DNA of 64,000 nucleotides from Podarcis cretensis. Taxonomy: Eukaryota. This document shows positions 25,141-38,734 of this stretch, one piece after another (position 1 is the stretch's first letter; the number at the start of each line of letters is the position of its first letter). The notes beneath the pieces were generated by a model. It was not told where the DNA came from. It searched no databases and saw nothing but the letters and a program-made list of their open reading frames with translations. The stretch lies in the NCBI GenBank assembly GCA_951804945.1, contig OX638150.1, positions 90,768,001 through 90,832,000 of the forward strand, read 5' to 3'. A program made the translations under genes and the position numbers.

Positions 25141-25984
25141 ACCGAAGTTTGTGTCTCATCTGGAGGAGGAGTGACTTTCACATGATGACACAAGCAGCAC
25201 TTCTATAAGGAACTCCTGCCGTGTAGAAGTAGATGGAGGAGGGGAGTATTCAAGGACCGAGGTGACAATACCAGACAAGCCAGCCTCTCGCTCTTTTCCA
25301 ACTTTGGTAAATCAGAGTTCAACTTTCACCTATAGCCTGTCCTGGTCTTTATTTGTAGACGGAAGATCAAGAATGCAGTAAACCAGTTTGTCTGTTCTTA
25401 TACATTCACAGTAGCTCTTGGTGTTATGTTGAAAACTTGGAAAAGTTTAAGTAGGCCATTTAGATGTGCTGTGCATGGAGTGGGCTTGGCTGATGTTCAG
25501 AAAGGAATAAGAAGCCCACCATATGGAGCCACGTAAAGTGGTTGCACTAATGTATGGCTCACCTATAGAATGGTATCTCTGACCTCACTGGGAGAAACAA
25601 CAGAACCAGGATTCCCTGAACCACTATCCCTTTAGGACTATTTTTAAAAAAGTGTTTTAAGACAAGATGTTTTAAAGACCAATTACTCCCTAGTTTGCCA
25701 TTCAAGCACAGAGTCCCTCATTTCCCCCTCTATAGCAATGTTGTACCATTTCATCAGCCTTTCACCTCATCTTGGAAGCCCTTTTACAGTGGGGCTGTCA
25801 GAATTTTGGTTTTTTTAAAGATAAAATAAAATGTCAGTTCTTATTTATTTTCAAATTTTAGGTATGTGTCTAGACCCCATGGCTGCGAAGAAGATTAAGA
25901 AAATAAACTTAGTTGTGAGCTTTGAAGATTAGGAGTCTGAGCATCAAGAAAAAATGTTTAATCATCCCTTAATTCACATCAGGG

Positions 25985-25986
<2 letters not shown>

Positions 25987-26027
<41 letters not shown>
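25987..26027. repeat. (GATA)10 microsatellite
   Basis: Read directly. Confidence 0.97.
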
Positions 26028-28153
26028 GGAAAATGTTTGTCCTACAAAAATAAAGTCAAACCCTTCCTCTGTTTCTACAGTGACTATTTGCTATAGTTCA
26101 TATGGGAGAACAATGTAAACTCTTCTGGCCCTGTCCTGCCCAGTTTCTCCAGCCTAGAACTAGAGATCCATGGTACCCTGAAAGTCATTAAAATCCCCTC
26201 ACAAACTTTTTACAGTCTTCTGTAAAACTTGCACAGAACTTATTCTGTGCAAGTCCTGTTAAACCAAAGCAGAACTGTATCGGAGGCGCATATCAGTTCA
26301 TTTTGTTTATGATTAAACTAACACAAGAAATGTCTGGGAAATTGTGCTATGTGATATAAATATCTCTTTTTTTCCTAATTACATCCCATTTAACAATGGG
26401 TAGTATCCAACGGTTACACAAATGGAAGGCTAGTTGTGCAACTGTTCTTTCTTCCCCCCTCTTTCTCCCTGTAGTCTCATCAGCTCTCCAAACAGTGGAG
26501 GCCGTGCCTTACATTATTACAATACAAAGGCTTGGGGGCTTTGTTTGAAGTCAGACAGAGAACACTTGCTCCAGCAGGAATTCCACTGGCACAAGATCAG
26601 TTTTCCATCTCTCACTCTTTAGAGGGCCTGATCCTTTGGATATGCTTTGGGGGTATAGGGGGCAGCAAGGGAAGGAGGAGGAGAAGCTAAGCAGGGGCTG
26701 CACAAGTTGGCCAATAACCCTTGAGTCCAACTTACTGGTCCAGTTCCAAGTACAGCTTGTTTTCAAACTAAGGTGTGATTGTTTAAGACTTTACCGTTCC
26801 GTGGCAGGGCTTGCTTTTATGGGTAGTGCCAAGGTTGGTGGTATTTTATCAGGCTGCCCACAGCTGTGTCCCAGTCAGCAGGTTTGCTTGGTTTCCCAGG
26901 GGGTCCAAAGGATGGCAAAATGAGCCCTTTCCAACCACAGTTCTTTCTGCACCCTCTGTCCTCTCCTCCAGCTATGAACCAGCCCATATGCATGTTGGTT
27001 ACTGCATAGGTTATAATTCTCAGTATTTTCATAATGCTTTTAATGGTTCAAAGCATGTTATTCCATCACCTTTGCAGCAGCCATCCGTTATAATTATCCC
27101 TGTATCTTGGAAGGGAGGTGTGAGACTGAGGTGGAATCTAGGCACATATAAAAATAAGTTGTGAAAATGGTTTTTTAAGAAAGGTTTGGAAAAAAATACA
27201 TTGAAGTTGCCATAGCTCACCATCACCATCTAGTGTCACATTTGTATAATGCACTTTACAACACACTTAATACGTTTCATTTGCAGCTGCATAGCTGAGT
27301 GTCAAGCGGCTTTCCTAAGGCTGTTTATTAACTTTAGGACAGCAGTGAGATTTGGACCAGGGAATCCTGATATACTGCCTAGTCTACTCCATTTAAGTAA
27401 CATTTAAGAAATGTTACTTCTTAAACTCAGTGATTTCTGAGATTTGCATCCTGAAATTTCAAAGATGCATTTTGGGTTAAGTTCTTGAATTTTCCACTTC
27501 CTGTTTCTTTCCTCCAGCCCCATATCTTCCTCCTCTTCTCTTAGCATCTGTGAAGTTACTTGCCTCTAGGACACTATTACTGGGTATGAGGCAATCTCAA
27601 AATAAAAGTCATACTCAGAAGAAATCCATCAGCACAGCAGAAGCTTCTGATCAGCCAAGCCCACAGACCTCATGCAGTGAGAATCTGTCTTGGCTTTATC
27701 ACTGTTTGCATGAAAGTAGAACCCTTTCTGTAGGAACCCCACTGCCACCCCCCACAAAATTTCTTTACTTATTGAGGCCATTCCCAGAAGCTGGACAAAA
27801 GAAAGCTTTCTTTGAACTGCTGTCTTTGAGCTTCTTGTGATCTGAGGCCTTAACCCCAAGCACATGGCTCAACACAAAGGTTTCTGGCTTAATAAGATCA
27901 ACAGGACTGATACTGAAATTGTGGAAAAAGAAAAAGCCCAAATGACAACTGAATCCTTGGTCCATCTTTGTATGTACAACTGAAGTCTGGTTCATTAAGG
28001 CACACAACACATCCTTTCATTCCAGAAAGGTACTCGCAACAGCACTGCAGGGAAATAAATGTATGCCTCAAAGTTTATTTTGCTAATATTTTTTGCCCAC
28101 TATGCTTTTGTGTGTGTGTGTGCAGTGTTTTTGTTTTTGTTTCCTCCCTTCAG

Positions 28154-28238
28154 AAATTTAAAGAGTATTTGAATGGCAGCAACCTTATTACCAAGCTGCA
28201 GGCTAAACACGACTTACTGAAGCAGACTCTGGGAGAAG
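28154..28238 (+). CDS. SRGAP3: SRGAP3 exon 10 (85 nt): KFKEYLNGSNLITKLQAKHDLLKQTLGE(G)
   Basis: cttcag|AAA...AAG|gtaggt; phase 0/1. Confidence 0.96.
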
Positions 28239-31200
28239 GTAGGTTCAACTGAGCCTAAACAAAAAGATTGCATTTTAAATCACAACAGGATTTTAGACTT
28301 CTTAAATCTCCCTTGCTATTGTTTTCTTTCTTATGTCAGCATTTTTGATTAGTGATTCTGTCGTGCTTAATAGAAGAGGGGCAGAAAATCTTTGCTCCTT
28401 TCACTTTTAATTTTGGCTGAGAGTGGCGTTTGAATGCCCCATTGCGTTGATTTGGTTCCTCAGGGCGTAAGGCAGGCCTCTCAGCATTAGGGATGAGCCC
28501 CATTATCCCTGCTTTGCCTGCTCTTTGTTTAGTGAAAAAGAAAAATGAAAACACCAAGCCCCCGTAGCTGTGTTCTTGTTAACAATTATCCATTTCATTT
28601 GGCAAATAAATGATTTGGATAAAGGATTTTTGTGTTTGCAAATACTATCAAGGTGAATGGACTGGGATTCCTCCTACCCCGGCCTCAGAAACTTAGTATT
28701 TTTTTGTTTTGAAACCCCAAAAGCCCAAAGTAGTGAAATGATAGCATTGGTGCTTAGAGCCATAATCTGGAACAAAGTTTTCCAAAATATTCTCCAGCAT
28801 CATAACTGAATGGCAATAAAAAATTAGATGGTCGCTTCAATATTTTGCATACTCTATATGTGCAATGGACGGGGTGATTTGTGGCATTCTTCTTTTGATA
28901 GCTGTCATGTTGAACTGTGGAATTAAAATAAAAGGCATTGTGTTTTTCACAGCTGAGGATTTTATATCTAGGGGGAATTCTTGTAACTTAACTTGAGTCA
29001 AAATGCGCTGGGTCCTCTCTACCAGAATAGGTTTTTTTTCTACTAGTGATTTGAGGCATCTTGCCTCAAATCATTTGGCCTCAGTTGGCTTGTTGTGCAA
29101 AGGTCCTGCAGGCAAGGGAGGAACATAGGCTATCAGTACAGCTGTGCATGGTCTCATGTGTGAGAGGCATTCATCTTTTTACCTGACAGCAGAGTTTGGG
29201 AAATAATTGGCCTGTTTCAAGGCATGTGTAAGTAGGCCAGACTTTCCACATCTATCAACATAGTGGAGCTGATGGTTTGGACCTGCCTGTGGATCACTTT
29301 GCTGCCCTTTCCTCTCTCCTCTGGTGATAATTATTGTCCTTGATGCCAAAAGGAATGCCTAATGAGTGTTTTAATCAACTTTTAAAGGGATGCTGTAGGC
29401 TACAATTTATTCTCCTTCTGGTTTGCTATTGAGATTGTTCACTTGGGAATAGGTCTGCCATATTCTGGCCTGAGCATGTTGCTTTCAGCTCTTCGGGACT
29501 GAGCTTTTAAGTCAGGTTTGTCAGCCTTTAAAGGCCTTTGGGCAGTCCCATTTGCAAACCAAAGAAACTGACACGAGCGCCACATGGTTTCAGAAGAATG
29601 CTGCTTTCAGACCTGCTAGGGAAGGTCTCTGTGGGACCACAGAAACTGCATTAGCAGCCCATGCTTTAACTCCTGTCCTCACCCAAATGTTGATGAAGAG
29701 GACTCTTAGTAACCCACAAAAGCTTACCCCCTTATAAATTTGTAAGTTGCTGCATGACCCTTTGTTTTATTAATGGTTAGTACAATAAAATACAGCTGTC
29801 ATTTCCTACCACTGGATCTGTGAGGCTGATATTTTACCCCTTTTGTATGCTGCCCCCCCAACAATGCCATCTCCTCAAAAAGTCTCTACTTTGCATAAGT
29901 GTGTCCTTAAAAATACTTCAAGAAGAGTGGTTGCCTTAACTCAAGTAGGTATCTAAGGTTAAATGCATGATTTATGTCCTATCCTGAATATAAATTGGAA
30001 CCTGAGCTGAACTGGAGCCCATGAGACTTTTTTAAAAGTTGTGCTCGGTGAACAAGGGACTATTTCTCATTTTAGAGATGCCCAGTTTGCAGAAGCTTCT
30101 GATGATTTATTGCTATATTTTGCTGTCATACACTAGGAGTGAATGTACTTCTTAAAGTTTGGAATCAGTTGCCTCTGATCTGCTTTTAATACCGCAGCCC
30201 TTGTAACACAGATATAAACATATAAAAGTTTAATTGGATTTTGCTGGCTTTAATCCCATAGATATTTGCCTCTCCCAAGTTAATATGATTTTAAGACCTG
30301 AGTCATCATAAGAGACAGCATTTGATACACAGTTCTTTAAACTGTTTTTAAAAATTGTGTCAATACTTTCTCTTCTGTCTTAGAAATTTCTCTCTGCCAC
30401 AGAGCTGGTAAACCTACAAGCATATGCAGCCTTATTAGAACAATGGCTGTTTCTTTATACCCCCTTCTGTGGATTGGTCTGTGTTTCATATTAAAATTGG
30501 AGTAGGTCTCATTAGGCATAATCAATCACTGCACACTGCCAGGCTTATCTGAGAGCAGCTGATTCCAAATTCAAGCTTTTTAACATATGAGACAGGGCGG
30601 AGCTAGCAGTTAGTTGAAGCCTGACCCATATGGACTCTCCCCTTAGTTCAGACAACAATCCTCTAAGGTTTTGACAGTGCTAAGACAACACTATCAATCA
30701 ACACATGATATGATTGGATGTTTTATTAGTCAGCTTTCTAGTTAGCAAAAATTCTTCAGCAGTTCTCAAGAGCAAGACAGGCCAGCTTTAAGGCTCCAGG
30801 CATTCTTATTTATTTACCAAGAGCTCCTGCTGGACCAGTTTTTCATGACTCACACCTTTATTTATACACACACACAAACTTACTTCCGGGGCCAGCTTGT
30901 GGCTTTTCCAGGCCCCTCACTGTACTGAGCCTATGCTGTCACCTCTGGTTTTAACCTTAGCTCCTCTTTTCTCTGTTATGAAGATCCTTCATCTGACTTT
31001 GATTTGGCCCAGCTCCTTTAACTCTCATGCCATTACTCTCTTGACCAGTTTCCCAACACAATCTTGGATATTCTAATTGGGCCAGATAACAAATGATACC
31101 TTATTTCCAGGTGAAGCTGTAGCTAGGCTTTAGGGCTACACTTTTGTGCACTTTAGCTTCTTTGTTAATTAGTTCATCAGAAATTGCAGTATTCTTACAT

Positions 31201-31504
31201 GGTTTCATCCAGTAATTGCGTCATGTCTTTCTGAATTCCCTTTATCTGCTTTCACTCACTATCTGACCTGGAAGTTCAAATTCAAAAGCCATGAGTCATA
31301 TAAGGATAAAAGGCAGAGTAGTTGATTATTTTTGGCACTGTCACCACAAGCATCCCTTTCAGGTGCCTCACAAAAGATCTTTCAACAATCTTGAAGCCTG
31401 TCCGCAACTTCACATGGAAAAATGTTTCATTGCCTGATTATCCTTTATTCTGAAAATTCTTTCCACTGTTTTATAGATTCCTTTGCTCCTTCAATTTAAA
31501 TAGA

Positions 31505-31712
31505 AAAAATTATTTATTGCATTTATTTTCCTCCAATGAGGTCAAGGTGGCATACATGATTTCTCCCCTCCTAATTTAATTCCCACATCAGCTCTATGAG
31601 GTAGGCCTAGGTGAGGGGCAGTGACTGGTCCAAGGCCACATTCAAGTGAGCTTCACAGCCAAGTAGGGATTTGAACCCTGGTCTCCCAGGTCCTAGTCCA
31701 ACACTTTACATG
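31505..31712 (-). mobile_element. MIR/CORE-like SINE
   Basis: Reverse B box (ggatttgaaccc), core-like gtgactggtccaaggccac, L2-type tail. Confidence 0.7.
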
Positions 31713-32878
31713 CTAAAAAAGATGTTTTTAAAAGTAGAGGCAGCTTCTGAAAATAATAAATACAACAGGAGAGCCAATCTGAAGTGACACTGGAGGTTTA
31801 TTATTTATTTTTAAGAGGAATAAATAGTCCATCACATTTCGAATAACATGTTCTTCATGAGCAATGGAGTCAACTATCACCTTGTGCTTAGGATGCCAGG
31901 TTAGCTAGGACATTTAGAGGAGGAACATCAGGCTGGGTGAGCCAATGGTCCAAAGGCAATTTCATCTGTTCTTTCATGGGGATTTCTTTTCTTATTTTCA
32001 CTATTATCTACAATCATCTCTTGATAATTCATGCTGCCAGTGGAAGTGTACACAGAGAACTTGCAAGTCTTTTAAGGTTGACCCTTTGGGCACATGATTG
32101 CAAAACCAGAAATGAGCTGCATCCAAAAATGTTTCTTTTGTATATTGATTAAGAGAGGGAGAATACAACTTTTTTTTTTTAAGGCAGTTTTGGTCCTGAA
32201 ACAAAAACAAATGAAATTCCACAAAGAAAATGAGGAGTCTGTTTACAGAGTTATAAATGGAATGGCATACACTTTAACAGTATGCGGTGGCATGCCACCT
32301 TCTGTCACACCCTAATGTTGTAAATACTTTGAAGGGGCAAAGACAGCAAACATGGGAGTCTGTCTGGTTAAAGTCAAATGGGCAGATATCTTGTAGGAAA
32401 AAGCTGGTCCGCTAAATACTGCCCTGTATTCTCATGCTGTTAGCATATCCTCAGTGAGGTGATGGGATAATCTTGTGCATGATTCCCAAGGATAGTGGTC
32501 CATATCAGTACTCGTCCCTATCTCCCTCCTCCCATCCCTTATCCCCTGCTCTTTTAACTGCTAAAAATAAGAGCTATTGAGGCACAGATCTTTTATCTGG
32601 TGCAGATTGACTAAACTTCATTGACAGTAGAGCTGTTCAATTTATGCTAGCTGCCTGGATCTTTTAATAATTTATTTAAGCTCTTAACAAACATCATCCC
32701 TGAAGGCTCAAGGCAGAAAATGCCTCTATAAGAGAGCTGAAGATAATACTAATCAAAATGCTAAAGCCAGAGATGCAGCTAAAAGATTTGCTCTCCTCAC
32801 CAGCTGTATCCCCAGCTGCCCCTTAACTCCAGCTAGCTAGAGTTATTGTATGGCTTTAGAAGACAGTAGGTCTTCAGC

Positions 32879-33021
32879 AGTTGGGTAGCACAGTTGGTAG
32901 AGCATGAGGCTCTTAACCTCAGGGATGTGGGTTCGAGCCCCACATTGGGCAAAATATTTGTGCATTGCAGGGGGTTGGACTAGATGACCCTTGTGGCCCA
33001 TTCAAATTCTATGGTTCTATG
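32879..33021 (+). mobile_element. tRNA-Lys(CTT)-derived SINE with a CR1 3' tail
   Basis: Head aligns with tRNA-Lys-CTT (TAGCxCAGTxGGTAGAGCATGAGxCTCTTAAxCTCAGGG...GGTTCGAGCCCCAC) and is fused to ggttggactagatgacc...ttctatggttctatg. Confidence 0.85.
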
Positions 33022-33574
33022 CAGCCACAAAGATGATCCTCCCTGCATCTGAATCTCACTATTGGAAAGATGCAAGGAGCAATGCTGAGGCTGACGTCTG
33101 AGATTATGATTCATGAAAGAAACAAGCTCCGAATGCCTCTGAGCATCATCCTGAGATAATTGATTGGAGTAGGGAAGTGTAGAGATGCTCTCAAGTCAAC
33201 ATGGTTCTTGACTTGTAAGATGGCTTTCGGCAGTCAAGGGATTGTATTGAACACTATTCCCTGCTCAGAGTAGAAATGGAATTAATGGAGAAGACCAATT
33301 TAAGTTTATTAATTTCTGTAGGTCAACTCTGAGTAGCACTTAGTTGGATACGCTCTCTAATATGTAAATTAATAGTAAACTGAGGTTTTATGAGTAAAAT
33401 GTAATGTCTTCAGACCCTTGCAATTTCTCACTTGCCATGTATGAGCAGTTAACTTGTCGATTAACGTTAAAACAGTCCCCCCTGCCCCAATTTTAAAAAA
33501 ATACCAAATATCTGTGACCTTTTATATTATGTAAACAAGGATGGAAATAATGTGTGATTTCTTCCCCACCCCAG

Positions 33575-33602
33575 GTGAAAGAGCTGAATGCGGCACAACC
33601 AG
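33575..33602 (+). CDS. SRGAP3: SRGAP3 exon 11 (28-nt small exon): (G)ERAECGTT(R)
   Basis: ccccag|GT...AG|gtaagt; phase 1/2, required to keep the frame. Confidence 0.94.
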
Positions 33603-36600
33603 GTAAGTGGAAACCGTATATATAAATTTAATATTGCATTCTGGAGACTAGTCGGTATTGCTACTGCAAGATAAATTTGCTTGGGTTTAAAATGCATCTG
33701 CAGTAAACAGATTTTTGTGTGGTGGGGTGGAATCCTTTAGCCATTGTGCTGTGGAGGGGCAACACCTTGCTCCAGGGGCCTCCTCTTATCTGCATTCCCT
33801 AAATGGATTAACTAGAAATATGACAAACAGGCCCTTGTTTTTCCTGCAGTGTAATTTTTAGCTGACTGGCTCTGAAATCATGAGGAATGCTGTGTCAGCT
33901 CGGTGCATTGCAGTGTCTCCATGGATATATTGGAGCTTATTTCTAGTCTGTTTATGACACTGACCAGCCATCTTGGCCTAAATGCCAGGACCTCCGTTGC
34001 TTGCCAATATTCATTCAGGGGCAGAATATCCATCAGTCCATCCAGCTCTAGGATTGATCTCCTCTTACCTTTTGGCCTGGAGTGTCCCTCAAATGATCCC
34101 TTCTCTGTAACAAAAAAATAGGGAAGGATAGGCATTGAGAATAAAAGTAAATATTGGATAATTGTGGTAAGGGAGAGTGAGGAAAAATCTAAGGGCGTTT
34201 GAAGGGAAAGAAGTCACTTCAGAAGGATAAGCAGAGTCTAGGAAACCGAGAAAAGGAGAGCTGCTGACAGAAATTGGCAAGAGAGCATAACCTGATTCAG
34301 TTAAGCAATGAAAAGATCATTCAGCAGCAGCAGGCAGTGGCGATGAAAAGCCACTTGGGGAAGGATTGAATGGGAGAGATGAAGGGAGGGACACATATTG
34401 TGTAACAGGGTGAAATACATATATTTAGAAGTGTGCGTGTTTTGTATGACAAGATTGGCCAAAGTTATTTAGTGTAAGGAGCATTTACCAAAAAACAACA
34501 ACAACAAAAAAAAAAAAAACACATTGGGAGGTTTGAAATGCACTGTCCCTGTGTGCTGCCCTGTCTTTCATCCCCTCCCCTCACCATCCTATAATCTCAA
34601 TTCACTTACTCCTCTCTCTGTCTCTCCCCCTGCCACACTCTCCCCTGTGACTGCAATAATCCTTTCCCACTCCAAGAATTTTTACATTACAAACTTCCCT
34701 CAGTTTTAAACTGACTTAATTGTTGTAGTTACCTATAAGGGCATCTGGGGGTTGCAGTGGTGTTTTTAACTGAGCTGATACTGGTTTGTCAAGTGATTCC
34801 TAGTGCCCCCAGTGCTCTAGTTTTCAAGGATCCTTGAGAGAAGCTGTAGCTGTTAAATCTGTAGAAGCTGGTAGTGCTGATGATTCTTGACAGTCCCACA
34901 CAGGCACTGTTTTGCTCTTGTTACTTCCTGGCCAGATTAGTGGTACCTGCATTGGAACAGGCAGGTAGTGCTGCAACAGTTCTTGTTTCCTGCCAGGCTC
35001 CATTGCTACCAGTGGGGTTCCAAAAGAAAGAGGACTGAGTAATTGCTGCAATTGTTACAAGCTATTGTCAGGTCTGTTGGGAGCCATGACATCTGTGTTC
35101 CCTAAAGGTTTTCCCCCCTGATTTAAAAGCTTCAGTGGAGGAAAGGAAGTTTTGCCCCAAATATTTACCTGCTAGGTTCAATGGTTAGCTTTTCAGATGC
35201 CTGCTTCATAAAAGAATGTGTCATTCTGTGACCTGAGTGACGATGGCTCTGTACAGATGACTTCTTCTTTTTTTGTTTCTGTAGAAGAACAAGCTCTGAA
35301 CATCTGAAATTCACTTTGCTCAATGGGCTGCGCAGAGCACAGATTTTTATCCTTGCACCAAAAGGCAGCTTCTGCTCACCCTTCAGCTTTCTTTAGTGTG
35401 CACAGCATAACACCCTGCAGGGCTGAAACCGGTCATTTTGGCGCAGCCTTGAAGAATCATTAAAATGGTTGCATGCTTTCAGCTGAGGAGGAAGAAGGTA
35501 GAGGTCGGAGAGGGAGGTTTTCTCCATTGCTTGAACTCCCAAAGAAATGCAGCAATTGCTTTTCAGCTCAGCTGCAAGAATTTTGTCATGATGTATAACA
35601 GTAGGATATAGGACTCTGATATACAGGACAGCTGGGCTGTCAAACTCATTTTTTTAAATATAGCACTGCCTCAGTGTTTAGTAAACTGCAGTACTAGTGA
35701 AGAAATTGAGAATACAATTTTGCAAATGCTAGCATAGATGGCTGTAGCCCTCTTTGCATGAGAAGCTCTTTTTCCAGCCAAGCATGTGAAATACTGGGTT
35801 GCATATCATGCTGGTCAGTGCAGACTGTGAGAAAAACAGCCTTTCTAATCGGCTGCAAATGAATTTTAATTTCCAAGCTACTGTAAAGAGGTATAACGCT
35901 TTATATTCTCTCAGTGAGACTGTCTTTTTATAGCCAGGGATAACAATGGCACGTATGGGACAGAATTTGCACGATACCTTAAAATGCCAGAACTGTAGTA
36001 GGCTGTGGGACTGAATCCAAATTCAGAACTTACCCCAAAAAGAACAGATCTATTTCTGCACTGCAGCATTCCTGGCAATCGTAACTGTATACTCTGTCTC
36101 ATAGTGTTTTTATCCTGCTTAGAGTTGGCTATGTTTTAAAAATACATGATAAAATATCCAAACTATTTGAACTTCAGGGGCACTAAGGGCACAATAAAAC
36201 ACCTGAACATGCACAGCTTTCCCCTCTTTCTCCAAGGGGTATTCCTTCCACACATATAGAGGCAGCACCCAGTGCAGACCCTTGCACCATCTTCTCCAGC
36301 TGTCAAAAGCGGTTCTTTTCCACCTTGCTTGTGGCCTCTATCTCCAAAGAGGCCTGTCCATTGCTATTATTGTTCCAGTGCCTTCCCACAAGTTTATATA
36401 GTTAGAATTTCTGTAAAGTCTTTCAATCAGAGTATTAGGGCCTGCGGCTGCCACCTCCTCCCACTCTTAGGCAAAGCTTACTGAATGCTTTCAAAGTTAC
36501 ACTGGGAGTAAGGAATGTGTCCCTGCCAGGTCAGCAGTTTGTTTTATGCAATGGATTGGTAGGCCATGCCAGTGGTTTTCCCCCAGGGAAGTGTTGAAAA

Positions 36601-36845
36601 GGAAAAGCCAGCCATACTGTGTTCAGAAGGGAGATATCTGTGGCCCTCCAGATACTGTTGGACTACACCTAACATCACATTTACCCATTGGCCATGCTGT
36701 CTGGGACTGCTGAACATCTGAAGGGCCACATGTTGCTGGACTCCCAGCAGTCCCAGCCAGCAGGGGTAAGTATGATACTAAATAAATTCTGTGTGCAAAA
36801 TTGATGATGAACCTTTGGAAATGAAAGATGCTACATTAAAAGACA

Positions 36846-37195
36846 GGGATGCAGGTGGCGCTGTGGGTTAAACCACAGAGCCCAGGACTTGCTGATCAGA
36901 AGGTCGGTGGTTCGAATCCCCGCAACTGGGTGAACTCCCGTTGCTCGGTCCCTGCTCCTGCCAACCTAGCAGTTCGAAAGCACATCAAAGTGCAAGTAGA
37001 TAAATAGGTACCGCTCCGGTGAGAAGGTAAACGGCGTTTCCGTGAGCTGCTCTGGTTCGCCAGAAGCAGCTTAGTCATGCTGGCCACATGACCCGGAAGC
37101 TGTACGCTGGCTCCCTCAGCCAATAAAGCAAGATGAGCGCCACAACCCCAGAGTCGGCCATGACTGGACCTAATGGTCAGGGGTCCCTTTACCTT
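36846..37195 (+). mobile_element. Sauria SINE, full length
   Basis: A/B boxes, ACCTTT tail, perfect 14-bp TSD TACATTAAAAGACA. Confidence 0.93.
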
Positions 37196-37752
37196 TACAT
37201 TAAAAGACAAGCTGGCAAAGGCTTGGGTCTCTAGAAACTGGGGCACACATAGAATAATAGAATTGTAGAGATGGAAGGGAAGGGTCATCTAGTACAACCT
37301 CTTTCAGTGCAGAAAACACTTGCCTATTGCTGACCTCAACCCACAATCCCAAGTGAGTTTTCTATAAGCTAACCATAAAAGTATGGACAAGCTCCTGTGT
37401 CTCTACTTCCCCCCACTTCCTTGTCCTGTCTGTCTTCATACCCATTGTTGCTTCTTGGCTCTCTTTTGCCCTGTATCCTCCCCTCTTCTTTCGGAGTGGA
37501 GAGCTGTCATTGTACCCATGAGATACAGGTGAGTCCATGTCCTAGGTTCCCCACGTTGATATTTAAAATGACAGATATATGAGGAATATATCAAGGTGGT
37601 AATGGTCACATAATATGGTTGGAGTCAATGCACTCGTCCTCACAGTGACCTTTCCCCTTCTAGGTCTTTTTTATTTGCAGTCTTTGAAATCTTTCCCTGC
37701 CATTGTATTCAAGTTGATGTTTTGTTGATCTCTTTTGTTCCATTTTTCTCAG

Positions 37753-37855
37753 GCCCCCATGTCTTCCCCCTAAGCCACAGAAAATGAGGAGACCTAGGCC
37801 TCTCTCAGTCTATAATCATAAACTCTTTAACGGCAATATGGAAACATTCATTAAG
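37753..37855 (+). CDS. SRGAP3: SRGAP3 exon 12a (103 nt): (R)PPCLPPKPQKMRRPRPLSVYNHKLFNGNMETFIK
   Basis: tctcag|G...AAG|gtactt; phase 2/0. Confidence 0.95.
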
Positions 37856-38555
37856 GTACTTGCTGTCTAACAGTGAGAATCTGTGGACACTGTGGATGTA
37901 ATGGTAGCATTTTTTCTCTTCTAACTGCTGACCTGTTTCCTTCTCTTGGACCTGGCCTTTCCCATGCACTGCACATCACACCATTAAAGTGGTTAGTATG
38001 CCTCTGCCTCAGTGACAATTTCTATTGGTGGCTTTTGCACCTCCTTACTGCAATAGTGAGGCACATCACTCCTATTTGTGCCAACTGGGAGGGATGAGAT
38101 AAGTGTAATGACCCTTGTGGAACAGTATGGAAGCGCAACACTCTTTGTGGCTGTCAGCATGCTAATTGCAATCTGCCATATCTTATCACTGCAGGCAGAA
38201 CTACTGAGGTTTTATAAGCTGCTGTTTATATGAACATCCTGGAATTTAAATGCAGCATGCCTGCCTTCCGTTAAAAGAGATTTGCAGTGGATCAGAGTTA
38301 AACAAAAATCCTTAAAAGATTAGGGTGCTCAGACTGATATGGCTCTTTGTAATTTAAGAAAGGCAAGATGCTATTAGCAGAAACAAAATGTATAGTCGAC
38401 GATTTATTCCACAGGCAGACAACTCCTGAATGTTTGTTTTGAAGGAAAGTGACAGAGGGGAGTGACTGAGAAAGTTTGACCCATGTTGAGGTACCCTTCC
38501 TACCCCCTACTTCTGGAAAATTCTGGATGTCCACCTTTAAAAGAATAATAAAGTC

Positions 38556-38688
38556 AGTGCTATTTTTCTAGGGAAAAAGTGCCGGAACACATCATGAACA
38601 CCTCCATTGTTCTCTTAGAATGGCAATGCCGCCCACCTAAGAGCTGCTGGAACTGAGTTCCAGTGAATTCCGGCTAAAAAAAGCCCTG
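38556..38688. mobile_element. Short non-autonomous hAT-like element
   Basis: TIRs CAGTGCTATTTTT / AAAAAAAGCCCTG. Confidence 0.65.
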
Positions 38689-38692
38689 GATG

Positions 38693-38734
<42 letters not shown>
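38693..38734. repeat. (AAT)~14 microsatellite
   Basis: Read directly. Confidence 0.97.

Noticed and set aside
28330-28660. Possible conserved enhancer (SOX/FOX-like motifs) after exon 10
   Set aside because: Short motifs in AT-rich DNA cannot be supported without alignments.
32879-32951. tRNA-Lys(CTT) gene
   Set aside because: The acceptor and D stems are disrupted and it is fused to a CR1 tail, so it is a SINE.
35285-35396. Strong acceptor in intron 11 that would add RTSSEHLKF...SFL* and give an F-BAR-only product
   Set aside because: No convincing donor, poly(A) signal or protein similarity. It cannot be told from a decoy acceptor without RNA data.
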